This document shows, in pieces, positions 54,560 through 64,000 of a stretch of 64,000 bases of DNA; positions within the stretch are counted from its first letter, which is position 1; the number at the start of each line of letters is the position of its first letter. Where the stretch lies: positions 32,001 through 96,000 of the IMG/VR virus record IMGVR_UViG_3300021959_010405, one strand, 5' to 3'. A program made the position numbers and the translations under genes. This DNA is from a virus. The notes under the pieces are model-generated. The model ran no database searches. It saw nothing but the letters and a program-made list of their open reading frames with translations, and was not told where the DNA came from.

Positions 54560-56757
54560 TCATCGTCTTTAAGTTTTCGTGCATTGTTTGGGAAGGATCT
54601 AATTTTACCTTTATCTGCTCCCCATATAATTCTTGCTGCTCCTTGACCCCCATTTACCCCTACTACACGACTTCTCGATCCCATAAACTCTCCCTTGGCC
54701 CCTCCCCCTCCACCATACTCACCACCGATGTCTGTTACAGACTGACCTTGATTCTCTTTTGACCCAGCACCGCCTCTTTGGCCATTTTTACTGCTAGTCT
54801 CAATACCACGTTGCCCATTATCCCCTTCACCATAGAGCCCTACACCACCACCGCCGCCGCCGGCACCGCCATCGAACCTACCACCTTCACCACCGCCACC
54901 GCCGCCGCCGGCGCCGGCACCGCCAGGATTTCCTGCATAATCACCCCCATTGCCGCCATTTCCGGAGTATCCTCCAGCTCCACCGCCACCACCACCACCA
55001 GTAGCTTTCTTTTGAACGCCACCAACACCGCCAAGACCACCATTGCCACCACCTACATTCTTTATTGATTTGTCTGTGCTGCCAGAATTAGCTCCATTTC
55101 GTCGAGCAGTATTTACAGTACCCGCACGACCCCCAGCTGCTTTAAGTAGGGGTATATACTTACCTTTTCGTCTTACCTCTATTATTGTATCTCCACCATT
55201 TGTTCCTGCATTCTGCTGTCTCTTAGCATTAGATTGTCTAGCAATGCCTCCATCACCAACAGTAACTCTTATTGTTTCTCCAGCCTCTACATTGACAAAA
55301 TTTCTCCATCTCAAATCCCCACCATTACCTGCGTTCGGTCTCGCATCATTGGTAGCAGCCCCTCCGCCGCCCCCACCTATAGCGACCATAGATATTTCTG
55401 TAACACCTTTAGGCACTGTCCAATTATAAGTTGTAGTATTTGTAAATTCTTTTGCGCCTATTAATACTGGTAGTATTTGTATAGTATCCTCAACACTAGG
55501 ATATCTAATAAGTTTAATTCGTAGTGTATTCCTAGTTTTGTTAGGCAATGTTTTAATTGTAATACTAGCTTTATTGTCGTTTACTATAAAGTCTCCTACT
55601 AAGGACTTCACATCTATATCTTTTGTTGTAACTCCCGATATAATGTAAGGTACACGTGTACCATTTGATAAATCCTCTGTTTCTAAATTAGCTATAAACG
55701 AGTTTCCTTCTCTCACTACATCACGATCGAAAGATAAGCTATATGTGCTAGCAGCTAGCGCATCTACTCTATCTGTAATATCTGGTGGAGGTGTTTCAAC
55801 TATAGGAGCAAGCGATACTGACTCGAGTGTGTCGAGTTCTGGTGAAGCAATATTAAAAAGGAATGGATCATCAGATATTTTCTCAAATAATATTTGAACC
55901 GGGTTTGTGTATGTAGGGGGCAGATCATTAACATTGCCAGGAGATGGGTACCCCGCAACATAAATTCCAGCTGTGTGTGCTCTTAAATCAACATAAGATG
56001 GGTTACAAATAGATACAAACCCATACATATAACAAGTATGTGATGGTAAATTTGTAAATATTTGCTGTTCCTCTGGAACCCATGCAATTGCTGGTAAGCA
56101 CCAACTGTCTGGAGGTGAGGTGTTTGTAATCGCTAGCCCATGATCAATTGCTGGTGTGCTTGCAAGTAAGGTTTGTTGAGGATCAGTAAACTTAAACAGC
56201 TCTAATGATATAGCTGCTTTATCACCATTCCCATATAGATTTCCATTTGCATCAACACCGCCGGGTGGCCCTATTAGAGTAAAAGTAGCATTACATTCAA
56301 CTCTATATATTCCTGGCGATAATAATAATTTATTACCATCTAGTGCATTATAATCACCAGCATTAGGCGATATAGGCAAAGAACTAACACTACTTGCTAA
56401 GCTATTAATAGTGTTGACATGTAATGAACATAAAGGCAAAACTGTAGTCGCGATTCCTTCTATGCCTATTTGATCCGACTGGCTATTACTATGGACACTG
56501 TAAAATGCTGTCAAGAATTCCGGAGCTACAAAATTATTAAATTTATCTTGAGTTTGTTGTTGAATTCCTGCAGATAATATCGGTAATGAGTCAGTCGCAT
56601 TATCAATAGAATCACTAAAATCGAAATTGTCTTTATCGAAAATAATGCTTCCAAAGTCTGAAACAGTAGTTCCCTTATCGGTCTCAACTATAACCTGATC
56701 AGCTGGTTGTATTAGAGATTTCTTTTCAGATAAAGTTTTACGTAAATTATCGGCCAT
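54556..56757 (-). CDS. structural/fibre protein, paralog 3 with Ig-like and glycine-rich domains
   Basis: LSPGIYRV...PVQILFEKIS; YSLSFDRDVVREG; WTVPKGVTEISMVAIGGGGGG; late promoter at 56768..56773. Confidence 0.72.
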   Translation of the reverse strand: MADNLRKTLSEKKSLIQPADQVIVETDKGTTVSDFGSIIFDKDNFDFSDSIDNATDSLPILSAGIQQQTQDKFNNFVAPEFLTAFYSVHSNSQSDQIGIEGIATTVLPLCSLHVNTINSLASSVSSLPISPNAGDYNALDGNKLLLSPGIYRVECNATFTLIGPPGGVDANGNLYGNGDKAAISLELFKFTDPQQTLLASTPAIDHGLAITNTSPPDSWCLPAIAWVPEEQQIFTNLPSHTCYMYGFVSICNPSYVDLRAHTAGIYVAGYPSPGNVNDLPPTYTNPVQILFEKISDDPFLFNIASPELDTLESVSLAPIVETPPPDITDRVDALAASTYSLSFDRDVVREGNSFIANLETEDLSNGTRVPYIISGVTTKDIDVKSLVGDFIVNDNKASITIKTLPNKTRNTLRIKLIRYPSVEDTIQILPVLIGAKEFTNTTTYNWTVPKGVTEISMVAIGGGGGGAATNDARPNAGNGGDLRWRNFVNVEAGETIRVTVGDGGIARQSNAKRQQNAGTNGGDTIIEVRRKGKYIPLLKAAGGRAGTVNTARRNGANSGSTDKSIKNVGGGNGGLGGVGGVQKKATGGGGGGGAGGYSGNGGNGGDYAGNPGGAGAGGGGGGGEGGRFDGGAGGGGGGVGLYGEGDNGQRGIETSSKNGQRGGAGSKENQGQSVTDIGGEYGGGGGAKGEFMGSRSRVVGVNGGQGAARIIWGADKGKIRSFPNNARKLKDDE

Positions 56758-56783
56758 TAGCTACTTATATTTATTATGAATAG

Positions 56784-56811
56784 TTGAAAAACAACAAGTA
56801 TACTATATAAT
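56784..56811 (+). promoter_or_regulatory. sigma70-like promoter TTGAAA-N16-TATAAT
   Basis: -10 ends 6 nt before ATG 56818. Confidence 0.7.
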
Positions 56812-56817
56812 TACTTT

Positions 56818-57639
56818 ATGAATAATAACTTCGGAGTAGCGTTTATCACATGCGATAGGGAGGATTTCCTTCATAGGTCGATGAATTCATTTATGTTAGG
56901 AATTTCTAAACATAAAAATAATAATGTAGTTGTAGTTAATGACGGTAAACCGCTCAAAAAAAGTATATCATATGGTGATTTGATACAAAACGAAAAAAAT
57001 CTTGGGGTTGGTAAAAGTAAAAATTTAGCGTTAAAAGAATTGATGGGTAGAGGGTTTGATCATATTTTTATTATTGAGGATGATATTATACAAAAAGACA
57101 ATAGTGTAAATGTATTTGACAAATACATAGAATACTCCCAAACAACCGGTATTCAGCACTTTATGTATGGTTACCATGGGCCTGCAAACAAAGGTGGAGT
57201 TTCTAAAGGATCGCCACTACCTAGATCCGTTATTGATTATGGAGATGGTATTAAAGTACTTCTCAACCTACATTGTGTTGGTGCATTTTGCTATTATAGT
57301 CGGTTGGTTTTGGAAGAAGTAGGGCTTTTTGATGAGGGTTATAATAATGCATTTGAGCATGTGGATCACTCATATATGATAGCAAAGGCTGGAATGATTC
57401 CAGGCTACTGGTGGTGGCCTGATATTGCAGATAGCTATGAATATCTCGATGAAATTGAGTGTAGTGAGGAGTCTTCATCGATTCGACCGCGAGCTGACTG
57501 GCAGGAAAATATAATGAAAGGTGCAGAAATATTTTATAAAAAGCATGGATATAAACCAGCTTGGGATGATTATGTTCCAGATAAAAGTGAATATCAAATC
57601 AAGAAAATTTTGAAGGAAATCCATAAGAAATATACTTGA
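56818..57639 (+). CDS. glycosyltransferase family 2
   Basis: ITCDR, VVVNDG, NLGVGKSKN, IEDD, EHVD. Confidence 0.85.
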   Translation: MNNNFGVAFITCDREDFLHRSMNSFMLGISKHKNNNVVVVNDGKPLKKSISYGDLIQNEKNLGVGKSKNLALKELMGRGFDHIFIIEDDIIQKDNSVNVFDKYIEYSQTTGIQHFMYGYHGPANKGGVSKGSPLPRSVIDYGDGIKVLLNLHCVGAFCYYSRLVLEEVGLFDEGYNNAFEHVDHSYMIAKAGMIPGYWWWPDIADSYEYLDEIECSEESSSIRPRADWQENIMKGAEIFYKKHGYKPAWDDYVPDKSEYQIKKILKEIHKKYT

Positions 57640-58088
57640 TATGTAAAATATTGCTGGTAAATAATATGTATATGAACGAAGACCTAAAGTGGAGTTGGCG
57701 CCCAATCGAGCAAAATGCGCTTAAAAAGACTATTTCTGCTATAATAGAATCGGCTGATAATAAGTCAAAATTACAGCTAGATAATGTTGATCCAGAGTTG
57801 GTGGATGCTATTACATCCTTACTTGTGAGTTCCTATCGATGGGGCGCTGAAGAAGCTTCTAGTATCGATATCGATACAATAATCGATGAAAATAGAGACA
57901 GATTGCAACCCTCAGACGAAGAAGTTGATAAAATGGTTCAAGACGCAGTCAAGCCTCTACTTGAAGAAATTGCAGAGCTTAAACAGCAGAAAACTAAAGA
58001 TGCTCAATCAATTGGAGGTCTAAGAGGGCAGCTCACGAAACTAAAAGCAAAGCTTGAGACTCTTGAGTCTGGTGAAAGCGCTGACTAG
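57636..58088 (+). CDS. hypothetical coiled-coil protein
   Basis: 150-aa ORF; real start may be a later Met. Confidence 0.6.
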   Translation: MICKILLVNNMYMNEDLKWSWRPIEQNALKKTISAIIESADNKSKLQLDNVDPELVDAITSLLVSSYRWGAEEASSIDIDTIIDENRDRLQPSDEEVDKMVQDAVKPLLEEIAELKQQKTKDAQSIGGLRGQLTKLKAKLETLESGESAD

Positions 58089-58100
58089 CAATTCTAATAG

Positions 58101-58946
58101 ATGGTTACAGTTGTCATCACCCATTATAATAGAGTACATCTTCTAGAGAGGGCTTTATATTCTTTTAAACACAACAAATCCGCAGAATTTAATGTAATTA
58201 TAGTTGATGACTGTAGTAACGATCTAGAGATTAAAAAATTAATATCTTTAAAGAAAAAGTATAATCAATATTTTAATATTGATATTATCTTAATAGATAA
58301 AAAGGATAAGTGGTATGATAATCCATGTATACCATTTAATATAGGTATACGAGAAGCCAGAGGAGATATTGTAATAATCCAGTCTGCAGAGTGTATTCAT
58401 CTCGGCAATGTTATTGATCATGCAAATAAAAACTTAACAGCTAATAATTATTTTTCTTACAGTTGTTATTCTGTTGATAAAGAACAAACTAAATCTTTAT
58501 TGACTGATAAAGATTACAGTCCTCATGAATTGCTTGATTTAATTAATCCTCCAAATAATGCCGCAGTTACTCATTGCGAGGAAAAGGGATGGTATAATCA
58601 CCCTGTTTATAGACCATTAGGGTATCATTGGTGTAATGCCTACAATCGTGACGATCTATTAAAAATAAAAATGTTTGATGAGAGGTATTCTAAGGGGGTT
58701 GCGTATGATGATGATGAATTAAGTTTTAGATCTAAAAGAGATCTCAAGCTCAATATTATTGAATCTCCCATTGTACTGCATCAATGGCATGGATTAGAAA
58801 ATTATTATAAACAAACAAATCAAGTTGAAAATCAGATAAAACAAGATTATAATAGGAGCATGTTCGAGAGAGTCACTCAATCTGATTATAATAATGATAG
58901 TGTTCGAAATGATCTTTCTTTAACCGTAGATTATATAAAGAAATGA
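58101..58946 (+). CDS. glycosyltransferase family 2
   Basis: VITHYNR, IIVDDCS, FNIGIREARGD, AYDDDE. Confidence 0.88.
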   Translation: MVTVVITHYNRVHLLERALYSFKHNKSAEFNVIIVDDCSNDLEIKKLISLKKKYNQYFNIDIILIDKKDKWYDNPCIPFNIGIREARGDIVIIQSAECIHLGNVIDHANKNLTANNYFSYSCYSVDKEQTKSLLTDKDYSPHELLDLINPPNNAAVTHCEEKGWYNHPVYRPLGYHWCNAYNRDDLLKIKMFDERYSKGVAYDDDELSFRSKRDLKLNIIESPIVLHQWHGLENYYKQTNQVENQIKQDYNRSMFERVTQSDYNNDSVRNDLSLTVDYIKK

Positions 58947-60001
58947 AAACGGTAGTTACAGTTACAGGTATCCGACCGGATTTTATTAGAATGAGTAAGA
59001 TCTTTAAAGAGTTGGATAATAGATTTAATCATATTTTAATACACACCGGCCAGCATTATGATAAGCTTCTATCAGGTGTATTTTTTAATGAATTGCAAAT
59101 TAGATGCCCGGATTATAATTTAGGTATTGGTTCTCCCGGATCAACTCACTATGAGCAATCTTCACATTTATCTATTAAATTAATCGAACAGTTAAAGGCA
59201 ATAGGCTATTCTAATATAGATTGTGTAATATATTTAGGTGATTCAAATTCTGTTACCTCTGCAATGGCAGTAAAGAAGGAGGGTCTTAAAGTAGCGCATA
59301 TTGAAGCTGGAATGAGATCTGGCGATAAAAGAATGCTTGAAGAAATTAATAGAATTGTCTGCGATCACTGCAGTGATTTCCTATTTACATATCATGATAA
59401 CTACAACGACAAGCTCTCTAGAGAAAATATAACCAGTGGTGTATTTAATTACGGTAATACTATTGTAGAGGTCATTCGCGAAAATTTTGACAATAATGAT
59501 TTAAATTCCAAGAGTAGAGATTATATTGGTCTCGATATTCACCGCCCAGAAAATTTTAAATATAAAGATAGATTAATTAATATATTAAATTTTGCTAATA
59601 GTTTTGATCTCCCGGTTAAACTATTAAATTTCTCACGAACTATAAAACATATCAATGATTTTAATATTGATTGGAGTGAGTATCAAAATATTGAAGTCGT
59701 CGACTTAATGTCTTATAAAGAGTTCCTACAGTTTCAGTGGGACTCATATTGTATGGTAAGTGACTCTGGCACAGCGCAAGAAGAGCCAGCACTATTAAAC
59801 ACCCCGGTGATTGTTCCGAGAGACTATACCGAGCGCCCAGAGTCAGTATATAATGGCTGTTCTATTATGGTTAATGCAAATAAAGAAATTGATCTGAAAG
59901 AGTCTTTGGATTTTATTGAATCTTTCAACCCTAATATAGAATGGCTAGGTAGTGGCAATACAAGTAAATCTATAGCAAATAAATTAGAAGAGTTATTATG
60001 A
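58943..60001 (+). CDS. wecB: UDP-N-acetylglucosamine 2-epimerase (non-hydrolysing)
   Basis: GIRPDF, HTGQHY, HIEAGMRS, EEINR, SDSGTAQEE, TERPE. Confidence 0.93.
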   Translation: MKTVVTVTGIRPDFIRMSKIFKELDNRFNHILIHTGQHYDKLLSGVFFNELQIRCPDYNLGIGSPGSTHYEQSSHLSIKLIEQLKAIGYSNIDCVIYLGDSNSVTSAMAVKKEGLKVAHIEAGMRSGDKRMLEEINRIVCDHCSDFLFTYHDNYNDKLSRENITSGVFNYGNTIVEVIRENFDNNDLNSKSRDYIGLDIHRPENFKYKDRLINILNFANSFDLPVKLLNFSRTIKHINDFNIDWSEYQNIEVVDLMSYKEFLQFQWDSYCMVSDSGTAQEEPALLNTPVIVPRDYTERPESVYNGCSIMVNANKEIDLKESLDFIESFNPNIEWLGSGNTSKSIANKLEELL

Positions 60002-60786
60002 AAAAGAAGATTATTGGTTTCGGTCAACTTCGAAATGAAAGTGAAAATGGTAATTTAGAGAACTGGTTTCGTTGTATGGAGCCATGCGAACACATTTATA
60101 TATTTGATCAGGCAAGTACAGATAATAGTAAAGAGATCTACGAAAAATATAAAGATAAAACTACTGTAATATATAGCCCAACAAATAGATTTGAGGAAGA
60201 GTTAATATGTAAATCGGAGCTTTATAAGTTACTGTTGAAGGAACATCCGGATGTGGATTGGGTATTGTGGTTAGATGGTGATTTGCTTTTAGATGGTAGA
60301 TTATTACTAGACGATAATTTACAAAAGCTTTGTAACAAACTGGATGACGCTGGAGTTGATCTCCCACGTTTTGGCCATTATAATTTATGGCGCTCAGATA
60401 AGTGGTATCGTAAAGATAATTCATATCATAATCTACACGGTCATTGGTTCCCCTTATGGGGTAAGCCTACTAGATTATGGTTTGATGAAAGGCCAGGATT
60501 ACATCACGGGCAAGTACCGCAAGGAACTCAAAGCGCAGCTCTCGTCGATGTTAGTGTTATCCATTTTGGATTTAAAAATGAGAAAAAGATTGTTGGTAAA
60601 TATCTGCATTATAAAAGTCTAGGCCAATCTGGCTGGGATTTAGATAGATTAATTGATGAAGAAACGTTGGATGTTGATGAAGTACCTAGTGAAATATACC
60701 CAGAGTGGTTTAATATTGAGGATACTGAAAAACCTACTGAAAAAGAGCCATTGCTAAGTCTTTATAAAAATAAATTAAATGAATAA
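59998..60786 (+). CDS. glycosyltransferase family 2-like
   Basis: FDQASTD, WVLWLDGD, IHFGF. Confidence 0.75.
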   Translation: MKKKIIGFGQLRNESENGNLENWFRCMEPCEHIYIFDQASTDNSKEIYEKYKDKTTVIYSPTNRFEEELICKSELYKLLLKEHPDVDWVLWLDGDLLLDGRLLLDDNLQKLCNKLDDAGVDLPRFGHYNLWRSDKWYRKDNSYHNLHGHWFPLWGKPTRLWFDERPGLHHGQVPQGTQSAALVDVSVIHFGFKNEKKIVGKYLHYKSLGQSGWDLDRLIDEETLDVDEVPSEIYPEWFNIEDTEKPTEKEPLLSLYKNKLNE

Positions 60787-61528
60787 AGAAGTGGAAGTAA
60801 TTGCAATGGTATATAAAAGTACCAAGTTTGCAGAATTCATAATTGATCAGCTCAAACAATATTGTAAAAGTGATACAATTGATTGCTCGTTTACTATTGT
60901 ATGTAATGATGCAACTGATCGCGTTATTAAATTTATCGAGAAATCAGGTGTTAATTATAAAATCTATAAAGATAGTAAACCTGAGGATTATTATTTAAAT
61001 AGAGTTTATAGGGCTTGGAATTATGGCGGGTTTACTTGCAATAAAGAAAATTTAATTTTTGTCAATAGTGATATGGCATTTAGCGATGGTTGGATAGAAA
61101 ATCTTTTTAAGCATCATGACGGTATAAATATACCTTGTAGTAGATTAGTTGAGAGCGGTAAATTACCAGTTGGCTCCGGCATACCAAATAATGGGTGGGC
61201 AAGAGCATTTAATTTCGGTAATCATCCTGATAATTTTAATAGATCCGGATGGCAAGAAAGCTCAAAAATTTCAAAAATAGATAACATTGGAGATAAAGGT
61301 TTATATATGCCCTGCCTTTTAAATACTGCGAAATTTAAAGAAACAGGTGGATATCCAGAAGGTAATTTATATGAAGGCGGTGTTGGTAAACACAATACAG
61401 GGTTTATAAAATCCGGAGATGATTATTATTTTCATGATATTTTAGAAAATGAATATAATATGAAACATATTACGGTTTTTGATTCTTTAGTTTATCATAT
61501 GCAAGAAGGGGAAAAAGATGAGTTATGA
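60779..61528 (+). CDS. putative glycosyltransferase (GT-A)
   Basis: VCNDA, AWNYG, FVNSDM, GGYPEG, SGD..YF, VYH.Q.GE. Confidence 0.72.
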   Translation: MNKEVEVIAMVYKSTKFAEFIIDQLKQYCKSDTIDCSFTIVCNDATDRVIKFIEKSGVNYKIYKDSKPEDYYLNRVYRAWNYGGFTCNKENLIFVNSDMAFSDGWIENLFKHHDGINIPCSRLVESGKLPVGSGIPNNGWARAFNFGNHPDNFNRSGWQESSKISKIDNIGDKGLYMPCLLNTAKFKETGGYPEGNLYEGGVGKHNTGFIKSGDDYYFHDILENEYNMKHITVFDSLVYHMQEGEKDEL

Positions 61529-62055
61529 GACACGAGAAATTTATTGAATATATCGCAGCGGGTAAAAGACCAAAATCATATTTAGAGCTTGGTCTGTATC
61601 GTGGCAAGACAATTAATAACGTATCAAAATATATAGATAATAAAGAAAATGTTGTAGGGGTTGACATATCCCGAGATATAATTATCGATGGTGTTTTTTA
61701 TAATATGTCAACAGATAATTTTTTTATTCAAAATGAAAAGAGTTTTGATATGATTTTTATTGATGCGGATCATAGCTACGAAAGCGTTAAAAAAGACTTT
61801 AACAACTCGCTAAAAATTTTAAATAGAGGAGGTATAATAATTTTACATGATACCGATCCGGAGAGCGACAGCCTATTCAGTAAAGGTTATTGTGGTGATG
61901 CATATAAAATTGTAAATGAACTAGAGTTAGACAAAAATCTTAATGTAATTACATTACCAATTCAAGAGGCTGGACTATCTATTGTAACTAGAAAAAACGA
62001 AACGCGCACAAAATTGAGAAATCAAGATCTACCCGGAGGGTGTAGCTTCATGTAG
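61525..62055 (+). CDS. class I SAM-dependent methyltransferase (Methyltransf_24-like)
   Basis: YLELG, GVDI, IFIDADHSYE, GGIIILHD. Confidence 0.85.
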   Translation: MRHEKFIEYIAAGKRPKSYLELGLYRGKTINNVSKYIDNKENVVGVDISRDIIIDGVFYNMSTDNFFIQNEKSFDMIFIDADHSYESVKKDFNNSLKILNRGGIIILHDTDPESDSLFSKGYCGDAYKIVNELELDKNLNVITLPIQEAGLSIVTRKNETRTKLRNQDLPGGCSFM

Positions 62056-62128
62056 ATCTGGAGGATGGTATACAAACTAAAGAATTTCTTAAAAATTATA
62101 CAAACACAATAAACGGAGGTTATTAAAA

Positions 62129-63073
62129 ATGGAAGGCTGGCTAATACACGACCACATGACTTGTATACCTAATACAAGAACTTTATGGCATGACCTAGTT
62201 GAATGGTTACCGGGATTACAAAATAAATGCAATAATAGCGAATTAGGGGAATTACCTGACCATGTTGACTCGCTCTTAAAACATAATAGAGAACCGGAAT
62301 ATATTATAAGAAACGCTTCCTACTGGCCGCCGTACTATTTTAAAGATAGTAAAATAATATCAATACTTCAAGATTTTAGAAATGAGCCAACACTGAAGCA
62401 ATGGCAGCTTGACGTTTGTAAAAATAGTGATAAAGTTGTAGCAGTTTCTAATTTTGTAAAAGAGAGGTTCAAAAATGATATTGATGAAGATACTATAGAG
62501 GTACTACCAATAGGTACAGATTTTAATTTTTTTAAACCTCAAGAAGTAGATAATGATTTCAACATACTACCTAATTCAATTCTATGGGTAGGGGATTGTA
62601 ATGATACTCCTAAAGGTTTTGATATATTAAAAAATATAATAAAACATACAGACTATAATTTTTGTATAGTATTAAAGTCTAATATTAAATTCGAACATAA
62701 GCGTATTAAATGCTTAAATCGAGTATCTCATAAAGAGTTACTGAACATAATGAATAACTGTAAAGCAGTTTTATGCACTAGTAGGGAGGAAACTTTACAC
62801 CTATCTTCAATAGAAGCTGCAGCATGTGATCTACCCGTTATAACGTCAAATGTAGGTATACACTACAACACTGATTCGGGGATATGGGGCGAAAATGTTA
62901 ATAGTTTAGATTATAGAGATTATATAGATTCTATAAATACTGTGTACAATAATTATAATTATTATACTCCAAGAGAATATTTTGGTAGTCGATATAGCAC
63001 CGCTGCATTAAAGAAAAGATGGGTTGGAATGGTTAGTGAGATAGTTGATAGTCTTAGTACTAGTTGTAAATAA
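62129..63073 (+). CDS. glycosyltransferase family 4 (GT-B)
   Basis: VSNF, KGFD, SREETLHLSSIEAAACDLPVITSNVG. Confidence 0.85.
   Translation: MEGWLIHDHMTCIPNTRTLWHDLVEWLPGLQNKCNNSELGELPDHVDSLLKHNREPEYIIRNASYWPPYYFKDSKIISILQDFRNEPTLKQWQLDVCKNSDKVVAVSNFVKERFKNDIDEDTIEVLPIGTDFNFFKPQEVDNDFNILPNSILWVGDCNDTPKGFDILKNIIKHTDYNFCIVLKSNIKFEHKRIKCLNRVSHKELLNIMNNCKAVLCTSREETLHLSSIEAAACDLPVITSNVGIHYNTDSGIWGENVNSLDYRDYIDSINTVYNNYNYYTPREYFGSRYSTAALKKRWVGMVSEIVDSLSTSCK
63067..63072 (+). promoter_or_regulatory. late promoter TAAATA
   Basis: 5 nt upstream of ATG 63078, overlapping the end of the GT4 gene. Confidence 0.55.
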
Positions 63074-63077
63074 TAAT

Positions 63078-64000
63078 ATGAAAATTTTAATTGCCGGCGG
63101 GGCTGGTTATATAGGCGGGGCGTTCGTTGATAAATATTTAGACGATCAAGATTATGATATAACAGTTGCAGATAATCTTATATATGAAGATAGATATCTC
63201 AAAGATGTAAAATTTATTAATATAGATGTTAGAGATACTAATAAGCTTGACGAAATAATTCATGATTTTGATGCTGTTATACTTTTAGCTGCTCTCGTTG
63301 GAGACCCTGCATGCGCTGTTGATGCTCAACTATCGTATGATATTAATGTAGCGCCAGTTAAGTGGGTATCGGATAATTATAAGGGTAAGATTATTTTCAT
63401 GTCGACCTGCTCTGTGTATGGTAAAAATGATAGTTTAATTGACGAAACTGCAGATCCAAACCCATTATCAATATATGCTGAAACAAAACTCGAAGCAGAA
63501 GAATATCTAATTAATGCTCGCCCGGATAGCCTTATTTTTAGGTTAGGTACACTGTATGGTTTAGGAGATACACATAGTAGACTGCGGTTAGATCTTGTTG
63601 TCAATGTGTTGACACTTAAAGCAGCACTCGGTGAGACTTTAAGCGTTTTTGGAGGAGAGCAGTGGAGACCTCTACTACATGTAAGGGATGTAGCTAATGG
63701 TATTAATTATGGTATTAAAAATAATCTAACGGGGATTTTTAATCTATCAGAGAAAAATTATACCATTACCGACATAGCGAAAACGGTATCAAATATAGTC
63801 CCGGGATCTGAAATCAATTATAGCGATATCCCGTTTGAGGATATGAGAGATTATAAAGTTTCTAATGAAAAAATTATTAAAACAGGGTGGAAGCCAGAAC
63901 TCTCGCTAGAAGATGGTATATCAGAACTATATGATATATTTAAAGATAAAAGAGTTAAATGTCTAGATGATGACATTTACCACAATGGTAATTACATAAA
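63078..64000 (+). CDS. NAD-dependent epimerase/dehydratase (SDR), partial
   Basis: MKILIAGGAGYIGG, STCSVYG, YAETK (YxxxK), RLGTLYG; open to the window end. Not in the ORF track. Confidence 0.9.
   Translation, partial: MKILIAGGAGYIGGAFVDKYLDDQDYDITVADNLIYEDRYLKDVKFINIDVRDTNKLDEIIHDFDAVILLAALVGDPACAVDAQLSYDINVAPVKWVSDNYKGKIIFMSTCSVYGKNDSLIDETADPNPLSIYAETKLEAEEYLINARPDSLIFRLGTLYGLGDTHSRLRLDLVVNVLTLKAALGETLSVFGGEQWRPLLHVRDVANGINYGIKNNLTGIFNLSEKNYTITDIAKTVSNIVPGSEINYSDIPFEDMRDYKVSNEKIIKTGWKPELSLEDGISELYDIFKDKRVKCLDDDIYHNGNYI

Noticed and set aside
54778-55464. Ala/Thr/Pro-rich ORFs overlapping the glycine-rich region
   Set aside because: By-products of GGN codon runs in the 54556..56757 gene.
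62010-62128. Alternate-frame EIKIYPEGVASCRSGGW resembling the YPEG motif of the 60779 GT, a possible gene relic
   Set aside because: Too short, with no start and only a 4-residue match; not distinguishable from chance.
1-64000. Giant eukaryotic virus or cellular origin; stop-codon reassignment; tRNA genes
   Set aside because: gp55, gp32, gp46/47, UvsW/X/Y and TATAAATA promoters are diagnostic of T4-like phages; known genes are full length in the standard code; no tRNA-like cloverleaf was seen by eye, though tRNAscan-SE was not run.

Overview
A 64 kb, AT-rich fragment of a large T4-like myophage genome. It is densely coding in the standard genetic code, and I saw no tRNA, rRNA or CRISPR array. 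The T4-type replication, recombination and late-transcription core is present: primase gp61, RNase H, sliding clamp gp45, SSB gp32, helicase gp41, UvsX, DNA polymerase gp43, gp46/47, late sigma gp55, UvsW and UvsY. Accessory content includes dispersed 7-deazaguanine synthesis genes (folE, queD, an atypical queC lacking three Zn-ligand cysteines, and a standalone class II amidotransferase coupled to a glycosyltransferase), PhoH, fibre-like structural genes, a GC-rich glycosyltransferase+sulfotransferase island, and a glycan-synthesis cluster running off the right edge. Main unexplained structure: (1) a ~70-bp promoter+N-terminal-leader cassette repeated in front of three unrelated payloads, within a family of ~16 ORFs with T4-like head-targeting/protease leaders; (2) a fixed TAAATA-N5-ATG geometry implying leaderless late mRNAs, plus sigma70-like promoters with a uniform 16-nt spacer; (3) RNase H fused in frame to a GC-rich, probably host-derived secreted protein that hints at a Verrucomicrobiota host; (4) a nuclease-like/ligase-like/nucleotidyltransferase trio followed by a spare alternative C-terminus. 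All family calls come from motif recognition only; no database searches were run.
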